Shown piece after piece: positions 48,421-56,621 of a DNA stretch of 64,000 bases. Below the pieces are notes generated by a model, which saw only the letters and a program-made list of their open reading frames with translations, did not search any database and was not told the DNA's origin. Where the stretch lies: assembly GCA_031278455.1 (NCBI GenBank), contig JAITKJ010000006.1, positions 5,704 to 69,703 of the forward strand, given 5' to 3'. The DNA comes from Puniceicoccales bacterium. GTDB lineage: Bacteria > Verrucomicrobiota > Verrucomicrobiia > Opitutales > JAIRLM01. The position numbers and the translations under genes are program-made. Positions within the stretch are counted from its first letter, which is position 1. Each line of letters starts with the position of its first letter.

Positions 48421-49002
48421 ATGCCTGAATTTAAGGATTCAGTCGCCGCGGAACAGGCGGAAGAACTGGTTACAACCGCAGATTTTAAGTCAAACCCACA
48501 AGTCCATCGTCGACGGAGACACCCCATTGGCCGCAGAAATGTTGGTGGCGGCGTCCGCACGTCCAGGATAGGACCATGGGATGGGGCCAGCGGCCGAGAT
48601 GCAATCCAGGAGCGCCTGGATAGGGCTAGGGCTGCAGTGGTGGACAAGCCGGTGGAACTCCCATGCACAAAATACTCAACGGAGGTTGTCGGAAAGCCTT
48701 CACCATACAGGCAGGAAGATGCCACGGAAAGAGGGCATAGACATGGCGAGTCTAACTGCTGTGGGCGCAAGGTGTATTTGTCGGGGAAAAACTGCAAATG
48801 TGGCTGTGGGAAAGGTATCATTCGAAAGATGTTTGCGGCTCTTTGGCCGTTTAAGCGCTCCAGGAAGGAACAGGTTCCCGTTGCCAGCGGAGAAGGTGAG
48901 GGTGGGACACGGCAGTCACATCGCCAACGGAGTAGCGGAGGGCGTTGTTTTCGCCCCAAAAATCGGTCGGCCAACCAACGATCTCGTTCTACGGGCGCGT
49001 GA
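48421..49002 (+). CDS. Hypothetical basic Arg/Gly/Cys-rich protein (193 aa); coding status uncertain
   Basis: A strong SD (TTAGGAGAAAGTAATAATG) precedes the ATG. The region also carries long ORFs in another + frame (48581-49024) and on the - strand (48405-49010). Confidence 0.3.
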   Translation: MPEFKDSVAAEQAEELVTTADFKSNPQVHRRRRHPIGRRNVGGGVRTSRIGPWDGASGRDAIQERLDRARAAVVDKPVELPCTKYSTEVVGKPSPYRQEDATERGHRHGESNCCGRKVYLSGKNCKCGCGKGIIRKMFAALWPFKRSRKEQVPVASGEGEGGTRQSHRQRSSGGRCFRPKNRSANQRSRSTGA

Positions 49003-49108
49003 CATTCCATTTATTTGGCGTTAGGGTATTCAATGGCTGAAACAGGCGCATATCGTTGGTTATTTTCGTTGAGCTTTTCCCGCTGGGTTTTTTAGCTCCT
49101 TGGCATAT

Positions 49109-50875
49109 ATGAAGCGCACACACTGTTGTGGAGAATTAACGATTGAGCATGCGACACTGTTGGTGGATCTCGCTGGATGGGTTCACGCCAAGAGGGATCA
49201 CGGAGGATTGCTGTTCCTCGATTTGCGCGACCGGACGGGGTTGGTTCAGCTTGTCATCAACCCCCAGCAATTTCCCGATTTGGCTAGTCTTCATCTGGAA
49301 TCCGTAATTGAGGTGGAGGGAACGGTGGTTCTCCGCCCGGCGGAAACGGTGAACGAACACCTGCCAACGGGGCAAATCGAGGTGTCCGTAGAACGTGCTA
49401 TCGTTCACAACGCCAGTGATGTGTTGCCGTTTTCCCTGGAAGAATCCCGGGCGGAGAACGTTTCTGAAGAAATGCGCTTGACCTATCGATATTTGGACCT
49501 GCGCCGACCGAGCAACTACCAGCGGCTTTTACGAAGGCACCAAATTGCCGCGGCCGCGCGTAACTACTTGAACGACAATGGCTTTCTCGAAATTGAGTTG
49601 CCCATTTTATTTAAGACGACCCCGGAGGGCGCCCGTGAATTTCTCGTGCCAAGTCGCGTCAACCCGCAGCAATTTTACGCCCTGGCCCAGTCGCCTCAGC
49701 AATACAAGCAAATGCTCATGGTGGCGGGTGTGGAGCGTTACTATTCCATCGCTCGATGTTTTCGCGACGAGGACCTACGTGCCGATCGGCAGCCGGAGTT
49801 TACTCAAATCGACCTGGAAATGTCCTTCGTCGAAGCGGAAGATATTCACAACTTAATCGAGGGCATGTTGCAGCAAGTTTGGAAGGAAGTGCTGCAGCTG
49901 GATTTGCAACTCCCCCTGAAACGCATGCCATTTCGCGAGGCCATGGACCGTTTTGGATCAGACAAGCCCGACACGCGCTTTGCCTTGGAAATCAAAGATG
50001 TTACTGGGATTTTCACCAATTCATCTTTCAAAGTTTTTGCCGATGCCATTGCGAATGGTGGCGTTATCAAAGCCGTCAACGGTAGAGGACTGGCGGATTT
50101 GACCCAAGGCGAACTGAAGGCCTTGGAAGATAGCGCCAAAGCAATGGGCGCCAGGGGCTTGGCATTCATTCGTGTGGAAGAATCCGGGTGGAAGTCTCCC
50201 GTTTCAAAGTTTTTTACCGACGAAGAAAAAACGGCGCTCACAAAAGCACTATCGATGGAGGCGGGTGACGTGGTATTTTTTGCCGCCGAAAAATGGGAGC
50301 GGGCGTGTACCATTTTAGGACGCATTCGAACGGATTGTGCCACTTTGCTCCAACGAAGGGACCGGCTATTTGTCGATGGAAATCGTTTTGATTTGCTTTG
50401 GATTGTCGACTTTCCGCTACTTACCTATGACGAGGAAACGGGACGATATGTTGCCACACATCATCCGTTTACCGCACCGGTTCCCGGTGATATCGAACTT
50501 TTGGACAGCGGACCGCACGCCGTCCGCGGGCAGCATTACGATTTGGTGATGAACGGTGTAGAATTAGGTGGTGGGAGTATCCGCATCCACAATTGCGATC
50601 TGCAGCGGAAAATATTCCACGATATTCTAAAAATTCCACATGAGGTCGTAGAGGACCGCTTTGGCTACATGCTGCGTGCATTCCGCTTTGGTACCCCTCC
50701 CCACGGGGGTATTGCCCTTGGGTTGGATCGGTTTGCGGCCATGCTTTCTGGAACCTCTTCCATCCGTGATGTGATTGCATTTCCAAAAACCCAGCGAGGC
50801 CAGGATCTCATGTGTCAGTCCCCATCCGCCGCGTCCCAGAAACAATTGCGCGAATTGCATATTGTGCTTAAGTAG
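49109..50875 (+). CDS. aspS: Aspartyl-tRNA synthetase (bacterial type)
   Basis: MKRTHCCGELT..., motif 1 FLEIELPIL, FRDEDLRADRQPEFTQID, and GGGSIRIH...GTPPHGGIALGLDR. The ATG at 49109 is preferred to the TTG at 49100. Confidence 0.95.
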   Translation: MKRTHCCGELTIEHATLLVDLAGWVHAKRDHGGLLFLDLRDRTGLVQLVINPQQFPDLASLHLESVIEVEGTVVLRPAETVNEHLPTGQIEVSVERAIVHNASDVLPFSLEESRAENVSEEMRLTYRYLDLRRPSNYQRLLRRHQIAAAARNYLNDNGFLEIELPILFKTTPEGAREFLVPSRVNPQQFYALAQSPQQYKQMLMVAGVERYYSIARCFRDEDLRADRQPEFTQIDLEMSFVEAEDIHNLIEGMLQQVWKEVLQLDLQLPLKRMPFREAMDRFGSDKPDTRFALEIKDVTGIFTNSSFKVFADAIANGGVIKAVNGRGLADLTQGELKALEDSAKAMGARGLAFIRVEESGWKSPVSKFFTDEEKTALTKALSMEAGDVVFFAAEKWERACTILGRIRTDCATLLQRRDRLFVDGNRFDLLWIVDFPLLTYDEETGRYVATHHPFTAPVPGDIELLDSGPHAVRGQHYDLVMNGVELGGGSIRIHNCDLQRKIFHDILKIPHEVVEDRFGYMLRAFRFGTPPHGGIALGLDRFAAMLSGTSSIRDVIAFPKTQRGQDLMCQSPSAASQKQLRELHIVLK

Positions 50876-51106
50876 ATCCCCTACAAATCAATTGCCGATC
50901 CGCAGCCCGTGATTTTGACTTCCGCAAGCGGCCTATTAGATCCTGAAAATGTGCAATCATATGTGTTTGGAGGAGGTGGCAGTCTCCCCACATGAAATAC
51001 TTCCAATAATCGCCGTTACTACGATGTTAAAATTTTCAACAAGCCAGTTGCCTACAGCCGAATCGGTAATAGCACACTATCTTCGATTGCCATGGGGAAT
51101 CGGCTT

Positions 51107-51325
51107 TCATAAATTTTTTCGCCCGGAAGATAACCGTCCGACCCATTGAAATTTAGCATGAGCTTTTTGTCGCTTATGTATTTCACGGACACGACAACCG
51201 ATCGTTTTCTCATCCCAAGGCAGTGCTTTTGCAATATCCCGATAGGACCAGCCAGCCAGCCTTCCTGCGTCAAAAATCTTGCAGACATTTGCGGCCCATT
51301 TCGGACCTAGGAGACGCCGCAGCAC
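51107..51325 (-). pseudogene. Isolated helix-turn-helix fragment (possible IS or phage regulator remnant)
   Basis: GRLAGWSYRDIAKALPWDEKTIGCRVREIHKR resembles LuxR/sigma-r4/transposase-type HTH. The ORF is short with overlapping alternative-frame ORFs, in a tract without intact genes. Confidence 0.3.
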
Positions 51326-51685
51326 ACATTTAGCAAAAAATTTATAAATACCGACTTAATCGAAGCTGCAATAACCACCAAAAAGGCCGAAGAAGCCAAA
51401 AAAACTAAAAGCGCAAAGAGCAGAAGAAGCTCAAAAACGTAAAATTACACCCAACGGCGAAACAACGGGCAGCCAAAAAGTTAAAGTGGCGGCAACGCCT
51501 GTATCTGTGGAGGTGGTCAATGGCGAAAAATCACAGCCGGCCTGTGACGTGTTAAACAAAAATTCCAAGCGTTAATTGATGTGACTTGCGGGATTAAAAG
51601 ACTCTGTAGCTTTGCAACAATCCTGAGGAAAAATCTTGACTTTGGCGCCAAATTTAGCAAGTGTCCTCCTCCATAGGAGAATCTT

Positions 51686-52468
51686 ATGTCAAATTCTATT
51701 AGTTTTGTTCCGACACCGGCGAGCCCTGATGCCGATTGTTTTTCTGCACAGCCAGAGCACGACGCGGATGTGGCCGTACGACACATGGCCGCCGTTGTGA
51801 ATCGGGCGCGCGTGAACGTGGCGGATGCGCAGGGGCGTTTAAATAATTTTCGTGAAACGGGAAACAGGGAAGAATTTGGCGCATTTATCGGCGATTGGGG
51901 GCGGCTCGACTTTGAGGTATTTGCGGACCTTATAGCGGGCGTATTGGCCATTTACCGTGCACTCGGGCCCCATACCTTGGATGAACGCCGATGGGTTTTG
52001 ATTGCTGTTCTAGATCAGATCCGCACGGCCGAGACTACCGAAGTAGCCATTGACCGCAAACAGATCAATGACATTCGGGCGTTAGTTGTTGAAGTTGCTG
52101 ATGGGACGCAAAATGCGCAGATTCTTGGTCTCACACACGAAATTAATGAACGGCTCCCACATCTTAAGAATGTCAATTCGGATGGAGGGCGCCAGAAATC
52201 ATTGTCATTATCACAGACTGGATTCCTGCATCAAGTTCTTGATGGCGATGGTTGGCGCGCGAATGCGAACTTGGCCCGTTCAATGTTAGCGGATGCGCAA
52301 AGGCAAAACGAGCAACAGCGCGCCGAGGGCCGAAAGCAGATTTTGGAGGATCGTCTGGAATCGGATGACCTGTATAGTCGTTTGCGCGCTGTGCAACAAA
52401 AACGGAGTGGAGATGCAGTACAAGTTGAAAAGATATATGGGGAGACCCGATCATCGGCTTCTCTTTGA
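51686..52468 (+). CDS. Hypothetical protein (260 aa), probably helical or coiled-coil
   Basis: SD AGGAGA lies 6 nt upstream of the ATG. No recognisable motifs and no TM segment. Confidence 0.55.
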   Translation: MSNSISFVPTPASPDADCFSAQPEHDADVAVRHMAAVVNRARVNVADAQGRLNNFRETGNREEFGAFIGDWGRLDFEVFADLIAGVLAIYRALGPHTLDERRWVLIAVLDQIRTAETTEVAIDRKQINDIRALVVEVADGTQNAQILGLTHEINERLPHLKNVNSDGGRQKSLSLSQTGFLHQVLDGDGWRANANLARSMLADAQRQNEQQRAEGRKQILEDRLESDDLYSRLRAVQQKRSGDAVQVEKIYGETRSSASL

Positions 52469-52504
52469 TTATGTGTCCGTTGGACAATGAAAGTCTGACG
52501 TTTT

Positions 52505-52807
52505 TTATTCCGTATTTTCGCGAGCTTTCGTGTCCCGGTTTGTTTGTGCGCACAATCGCGCTTCGACGGTTTTGACGTCGATTCCAGTAATTTTGATTCT
52601 TTTTCGGCGTGATGTTTTTCCGGCGATGATATCGAAATTTCGCTGGGGAACGGAAAGTTTTCTTGACAAAATTTTTATAAGCTCATTATTTGCCCTACCC
52701 TCGCGGGGGGACGACTTAAGTCGCACGCGCAGAGGAAATTGCGAAAATGGCATGATACGGCCTTGGGATGCATTCGGAGTCACGACGACATCGATAATCG
52801 CATCCAT
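52505..52807 (-). CDS. DUF167 (YggU-like) protein
   Basis: VVVTPNASQ...RVRLKSSPREGRANNELIKILSRKLSVPQRNFDIIAGKTSRRKRIKI matches the UPF0235/DUF167 pattern. Confidence 0.75.
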   Translation of the reverse strand: MDAIIDVVVTPNASQGRIMPFSQFPLRVRLKSSPREGRANNELIKILSRKLSVPQRNFDIIAGKTSRRKRIKITGIDVKTVEARLCAQTNRDTKARENTE

Positions 52808-52874
52808 GGCCGTATCCTGTGGCGGTAGGAAGCAAATCGAAAGCTTCTTTTATTTCACGATCGGAGTTGCTCCA

Positions 52875-53249
52875 ATGAATGGAAATTCAAACGGATACCA
52901 AAGTTGCCAGGGGGAAGTTGATACCGCCGATTGGGCATCTGCGTCGCTCCTAGACATGGTGGCCAAAACCGATCCCCGGCAGGCATGGTTTACGCCAAAG
53001 GAAGTGGGAGCCATTCTCAACCGAACGGACCAATTCGTGCGCGATCTCCTGGGAAATGGCCGTATCCTAGGGCATGCACTTCATGCCCGCGGCCGGCGGC
53101 GGAAATCATACCAAATTCATCGCATAGCGTTGGAACTATACCTGCTACAGACGGCAAATTTCACCCCGGACGAACTGGCAAAATCCATCCTCCGCCTGGT
53201 GGATTCTCTTCCGCAAAAGCAAGTGGAGGCGATTCGTCGCGTGATCTGA
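52875..53249 (+). CDS. Small DNA-binding protein, excisionase/MerR-like HTH (124 aa)
   Basis: WFTPKEVGAILNRTDQFVRDLLGNGRILG is an HTH_17/Xis-like motif. The start is taken at the internal ATG because the upstream part of ORF 52530-53249 is antisense to the DUF167 gene. Confidence 0.5.
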   Translation: MNGNSNGYQSCQGEVDTADWASASLLDMVAKTDPRQAWFTPKEVGAILNRTDQFVRDLLGNGRILGHALHARGRRRKSYQIHRIALELYLLQTANFTPDELAKSILRLVDSLPQKQVEAIRRVI

Positions 53250-53303
53250 CCCAATTTATGAAAATTCCCTGGTGAATGCGCGGCACAATTTTAATTTCTA
53301 CAC

Positions 53304-54110
53304 ATGGATGAGCACTTCCACGGCGGGAAATTTTGGTGGATGTTTGTTCAACTGCTTGTGGGATGCGCGTGCATTTTTTGCCGCAGAATTTGCAACAAAC
53401 GCCTGGAATGCGCCCCTCCATTGTACCCATGGCAAACATCTAATCTTAATTTTATTATTTTTTTGTGGGTTTCGAGTGTGTTCATTTTTGGGCTAATTCC
53501 CAAACCCACATTGGCCGGGGAGCGTGCTGCATACATCGTCGAGTGTGTTTACCAGGGCATATATTTGGTGCTGTTGATTTTTTTCGTCCGCTTTGATATC
53601 TTCAGCTATGCTATTGGAATCCAGCGCACGCCCATAACTTTTGGAAAATTGATCGGAGTTTCCGTATTTTCACATTTCTACCTCACCCCGCTCATCTTTG
53701 CCCTATCGGCCGCGTGGACTCTGCTTCTCACATTTATTAATGGCATTGGATTTCATATTTCATTGGAACAGCAGGAACTTTTGCTTCTGTTGGAAGCCAA
53801 CCCGCCTTTGGTCTGGGCAATACCGGTCATATTCACGGCGGTTGCCGTTGCGCCCGCATGCGAGGAACTTCTCTTCCGCGGGGGCATTTACCGTTTTTTA
53901 AAGGGAAAAATATCCCCCATTCCCGCCAGCCTGCTCACCGGGGCGATTTTCGCACTACTCCACTGGAATTGGAACGCCTTTCTTCCGCTGTTTTTCTTGA
54001 GTGTCTTCCTTACCCATCTCTATGAGTGCGAGGGGTCACTCCACGCGCCAATTATCGTCCACGGACTACTGAACGCGAATAGCATCGTGCTCGCATTGCT
54101 CCAGGGGTGA
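53304..54110 (+). CDS. CPBP-family intramembrane glutamic endopeptidase (CAAX protease-like)
   Basis: Motif 1 ACEELLFRGGIY, motif 2 FALLHWNW and a late HGLLN; polytopic. Confidence 0.8.
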   Translation: MDEHFHGGKFWWMFVQLLVGCACIFCRRICNKRLECAPPLYPWQTSNLNFIIFLWVSSVFIFGLIPKPTLAGERAAYIVECVYQGIYLVLLIFFVRFDIFSYAIGIQRTPITFGKLIGVSVFSHFYLTPLIFALSAAWTLLLTFINGIGFHISLEQQELLLLLEANPPLVWAIPVIFTAVAVAPACEELLFRGGIYRFLKGKISPIPASLLTGAIFALLHWNWNAFLPLFFLSVFLTHLYECEGSLHAPIIVHGLLNANSIVLALLQG

Positions 54111-54153
54111 ATTTATGCTTTGCCAGCCAAGCCGCTAATTTCAACATAGGCCC

Positions 54154-55371
54154 ATGCTCAAATGGCTGCAAACCCAGTGGCAAAGTCGGAAAAGACGCAT
54201 TGCGGCGCGAAATCTGCTTTTGCATGCGCGGCGGGTCCTAAACTACCGGCGGGGACAGATTTCCTTGGACCAGGAGGAAGCCCTATCTGCCCACGTGGAG
54301 GTCCTGAAAAAAAATTGGCGTATTATGTCCGCCGAGCGCGTGGAAAAAATCCATGAACACCTGATTACCGTTGGCGGGGATGTCTATCCCGTTCGCCATT
54401 GGACAGATACCATTGAAGCGTTTCTCATGGCAATCATCGTTGCGGTGGGCTTTCGCGCTTTTTTTACGCAGACGTTTACCATTCCAACGAATTCCATGTT
54501 GCCCTCCTTCTATGGCATGACCGCCAAGCTCGACGATGGTCGCAATCACGGATTTTTTGGAAACCTCATCCGCGGCATTACGCATTATTCCCCGCAAACG
54601 CAGAAGGGTGGCCGCGTGCTCATCCCGCTCAACGGCCGCGAGGAAGCCAATTGGAACCATTCACTAATTACCTTCAAGCGCATGAGCAAACCGTCTTGCC
54701 TTCTCATACCACAACAAATCCGCCGCTATCAAATTTTGGTTGGCGATGAGCCCATTTACATCGACGTCCCGGCGGAGTTCGACCTGGAAAGCACACTGAT
54801 GGAACGGTTTTGTCCAAAAATTCCGTCAAAAAAAATAGTGGATGCCCTTGATAAATTTCCATTGGTTCGCCGCAACGGCCGGATATTTTTGGACACGGGC
54901 GTTGACGTTGCTCCGAATTTCCCGGTGATTGCTTTCAATCTGCAGCACGGAGATGTGTTGTTCGTCGAGCGGCTGTCCCGGCATTTTCGATCGCCAAAGC
55001 GTGGCGATGCCGTCGTTTTCGCCACTTGGCAGGTTCCCGGATTGAGAAATGACGACCGCTATTACATCAAGCGTTTGGTCGGCACGCCCGGGGACGTGCT
55101 ATCGGTACGCAACGGAAAACTTTTGAGGGACGGAATTCCGGCCAAGGATTCGCCGGCAATGGAAAAAAACAACGCAAAGCAGGAACCCTACCGAGGATAC
55201 TTCTCCTACGGGGCGTTGAACGGAAAAAGCGTAACCGTTCCCGATGGTAATTTTTACGTTATGGGTGACAACTCGGCCAACAGCTATGACAGCCGCTTTT
55301 TCGGGCCAATTCCCAAAATTTCCGTCGCCGGCCGACCACTTTGGGTATTTTTCCCCCGTCGGGATGAGTAA
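54154..55371 (+). CDS. lepB: Signal peptidase I
   Basis: IPTNSMLPSF (catalytic Ser box), GDVLFVERLS, YIKRLVGTPGD (Lys box), VMGDNSANSYDSRFFGPIP. Confidence 0.85.
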   Translation: MLKWLQTQWQSRKRRIAARNLLLHARRVLNYRRGQISLDQEEALSAHVEVLKKNWRIMSAERVEKIHEHLITVGGDVYPVRHWTDTIEAFLMAIIVAVGFRAFFTQTFTIPTNSMLPSFYGMTAKLDDGRNHGFFGNLIRGITHYSPQTQKGGRVLIPLNGREEANWNHSLITFKRMSKPSCLLIPQQIRRYQILVGDEPIYIDVPAEFDLESTLMERFCPKIPSKKIVDALDKFPLVRRNGRIFLDTGVDVAPNFPVIAFNLQHGDVLFVERLSRHFRSPKRGDAVVFATWQVPGLRNDDRYYIKRLVGTPGDVLSVRNGKLLRDGIPAKDSPAMEKNNAKQEPYRGYFSYGALNGKSVTVPDGNFYVMGDNSANSYDSRFFGPIPKISVAGRPLWVFFPRRDE

Positions 55372-56621
55372 TGGACGCGGTTCAAAAACAGTTGCCGATG
55401 AAAGTCGCCATTTTGGGCTCGGGTGTGACGGGGCAAGCGATCGCCCAATTTTGCCACAAGCGGGATATCCCCTCGCGTATTTTTACCGAGGGCAATCGGC
55501 CTGATTGGGAGGACTTTACATGCCTGATTTATAGCCCAGGGGCCATTAATTCGCCGCTTTTATGCGAGGCCGGACGGGCTGGAATTCCCTGCATGAATGA
55601 TTTGGATTTTGCCCAAAAATTTTATTCCAACCGGACCATCGCCATCACGGGAACCAACGGAAAAACGTCCACGGCGGAAATGCTCCACCATATTTTTAAA
55701 AAACTCCACATCCCATCGCTGTTAACGGGAAACATTGGCATTCCGCCAATTTCCCGCGTGGAACAATTTAACAAAAACCCGAAAACCTGGAACATTTGCG
55801 AGATTAGCTCCTTTCAGGCGAGGGATTTGGCCATCTTTCGCCCGGACTATGCCCTATGGACCAATTTTGCCCCCAATCATCTAGATACGCACGAAACCCT
55901 GGAGGATTACTTTTTGTCCAAGTGGAACCTGATGCGGCGGGTCCACAAGGTCGCCGTGGTCGATTCATCCGTGTTTCAATGGCCATTCGCGAAAAATCTT
56001 CAGCGAAATCGGATTTTGGAAATTTCAACGAAAGGAGCCAATGGAACGGAATCCGTGCTTCCTTGTGTCCATCAAGCAGCTAACTTTCACCTCATCCGGG
56101 TGTTGCTTAAAAAAATTTTCCCCGCTCGGCCGATTGACTCGCACCTATTGGCGGACTTTTCACTTCCACCCCATCGGTTATGCCCCTGCGGAACAGTTGA
56201 AAATTTGGCTTTTTGGAATGATTCCAAGGCCACAAATTCCGCCGCGGTAAAGGCTGCCCTTGCTCACGTGAAAAAATTCTCCAACCACCTCATCTGGGTT
56301 ACCTGCGGAAAGTCAAAGGGAGAGGACATGGAAAACTTTCGCCCCATAGTCTCTGCTGCAGATAGAGTTTTAGTCACGGGAGAAATTGGGGAAATTTTTT
56401 TGAAACATTTTCCAGCGTCGAATGTGTATTACTGCCAAAGCGATGAATCCCTAATAGAGCAAATCCACGCTTGCGCCACCACTCTTGGAGGACAAAAGTG
56501 CGCAGTTTTACTGAGCCCCGGATTTTCGAGCTTTGACCGATTTAAAAACTACGAAGAGCGGGGCCGGTGGTTTGAATGTCTGGTTGAGCGAATTATGAAG
56601 CAAAATCATCCCCCCTTTTAA
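55371..56621 (+). CDS. murD: UDP-N-acetylmuramoylalanine--D-glutamate ligase
   Basis: AITGTNGKTSTAEM and the Mur ligase middle and C-terminal domains; 416 aa. Its start overlaps the lepB stop (TAATG). Confidence 0.9.
   Translation: MDAVQKQLPMKVAILGSGVTGQAIAQFCHKRDIPSRIFTEGNRPDWEDFTCLIYSPGAINSPLLCEAGRAGIPCMNDLDFAQKFYSNRTIAITGTNGKTSTAEMLHHIFKKLHIPSLLTGNIGIPPISRVEQFNKNPKTWNICEISSFQARDLAIFRPDYALWTNFAPNHLDTHETLEDYFLSKWNLMRRVHKVAVVDSSVFQWPFAKNLQRNRILEISTKGANGTESVLPCVHQAANFHLIRVLLKKIFPARPIDSHLLADFSLPPHRLCPCGTVENLAFWNDSKATNSAAVKAALAHVKKFSNHLIWVTCGKSKGEDMENFRPIVSAADRVLVTGEIGEIFLKHFPASNVYYCQSDESLIEQIHACATTLGGQKCAVLLSPGFSSFDRFKNYEERGRWFECLVERIMKQNHPPF

Noticed and set aside
48405-49024. RNase P RNA or tmRNA as an explanation for the multi-frame-open segment; also considered for 43420-43830
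   Set aside because: The conserved strings expected for these RNAs were not seen on either strand: GAGGAAAGTCCGGGC and ACAGAACCCGGCTTA for RNase P, and a tRNA-like 3' end with TCCACCA for tmRNA. Only an Infernal scan could settle this.
51330-51520. Lys/Ala-rich frames reminiscent of histone-H1-like (Hc1-type) nucleoid proteins
   Set aside because: No start codon, frames broken by stops after ~30-65 codons, and only compositional resemblance. Treated as a remnant within the decay tract.
52530-52874. Upstream half of the 239-aa + ORF 52530-53249
   Set aside because: It is antisense to the well-supported DUF167 gene. The recognisable HTH domain lies entirely after the internal ATG at 52875.
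55369-56621. The lepB/murD TAATG start-stop overlap and the 29-bp convergent overlap of murD with the RND pump gene
   Set aside because: These are ordinary consequences of tight gene packing in compact genomes. There is no evidence of special regulation.
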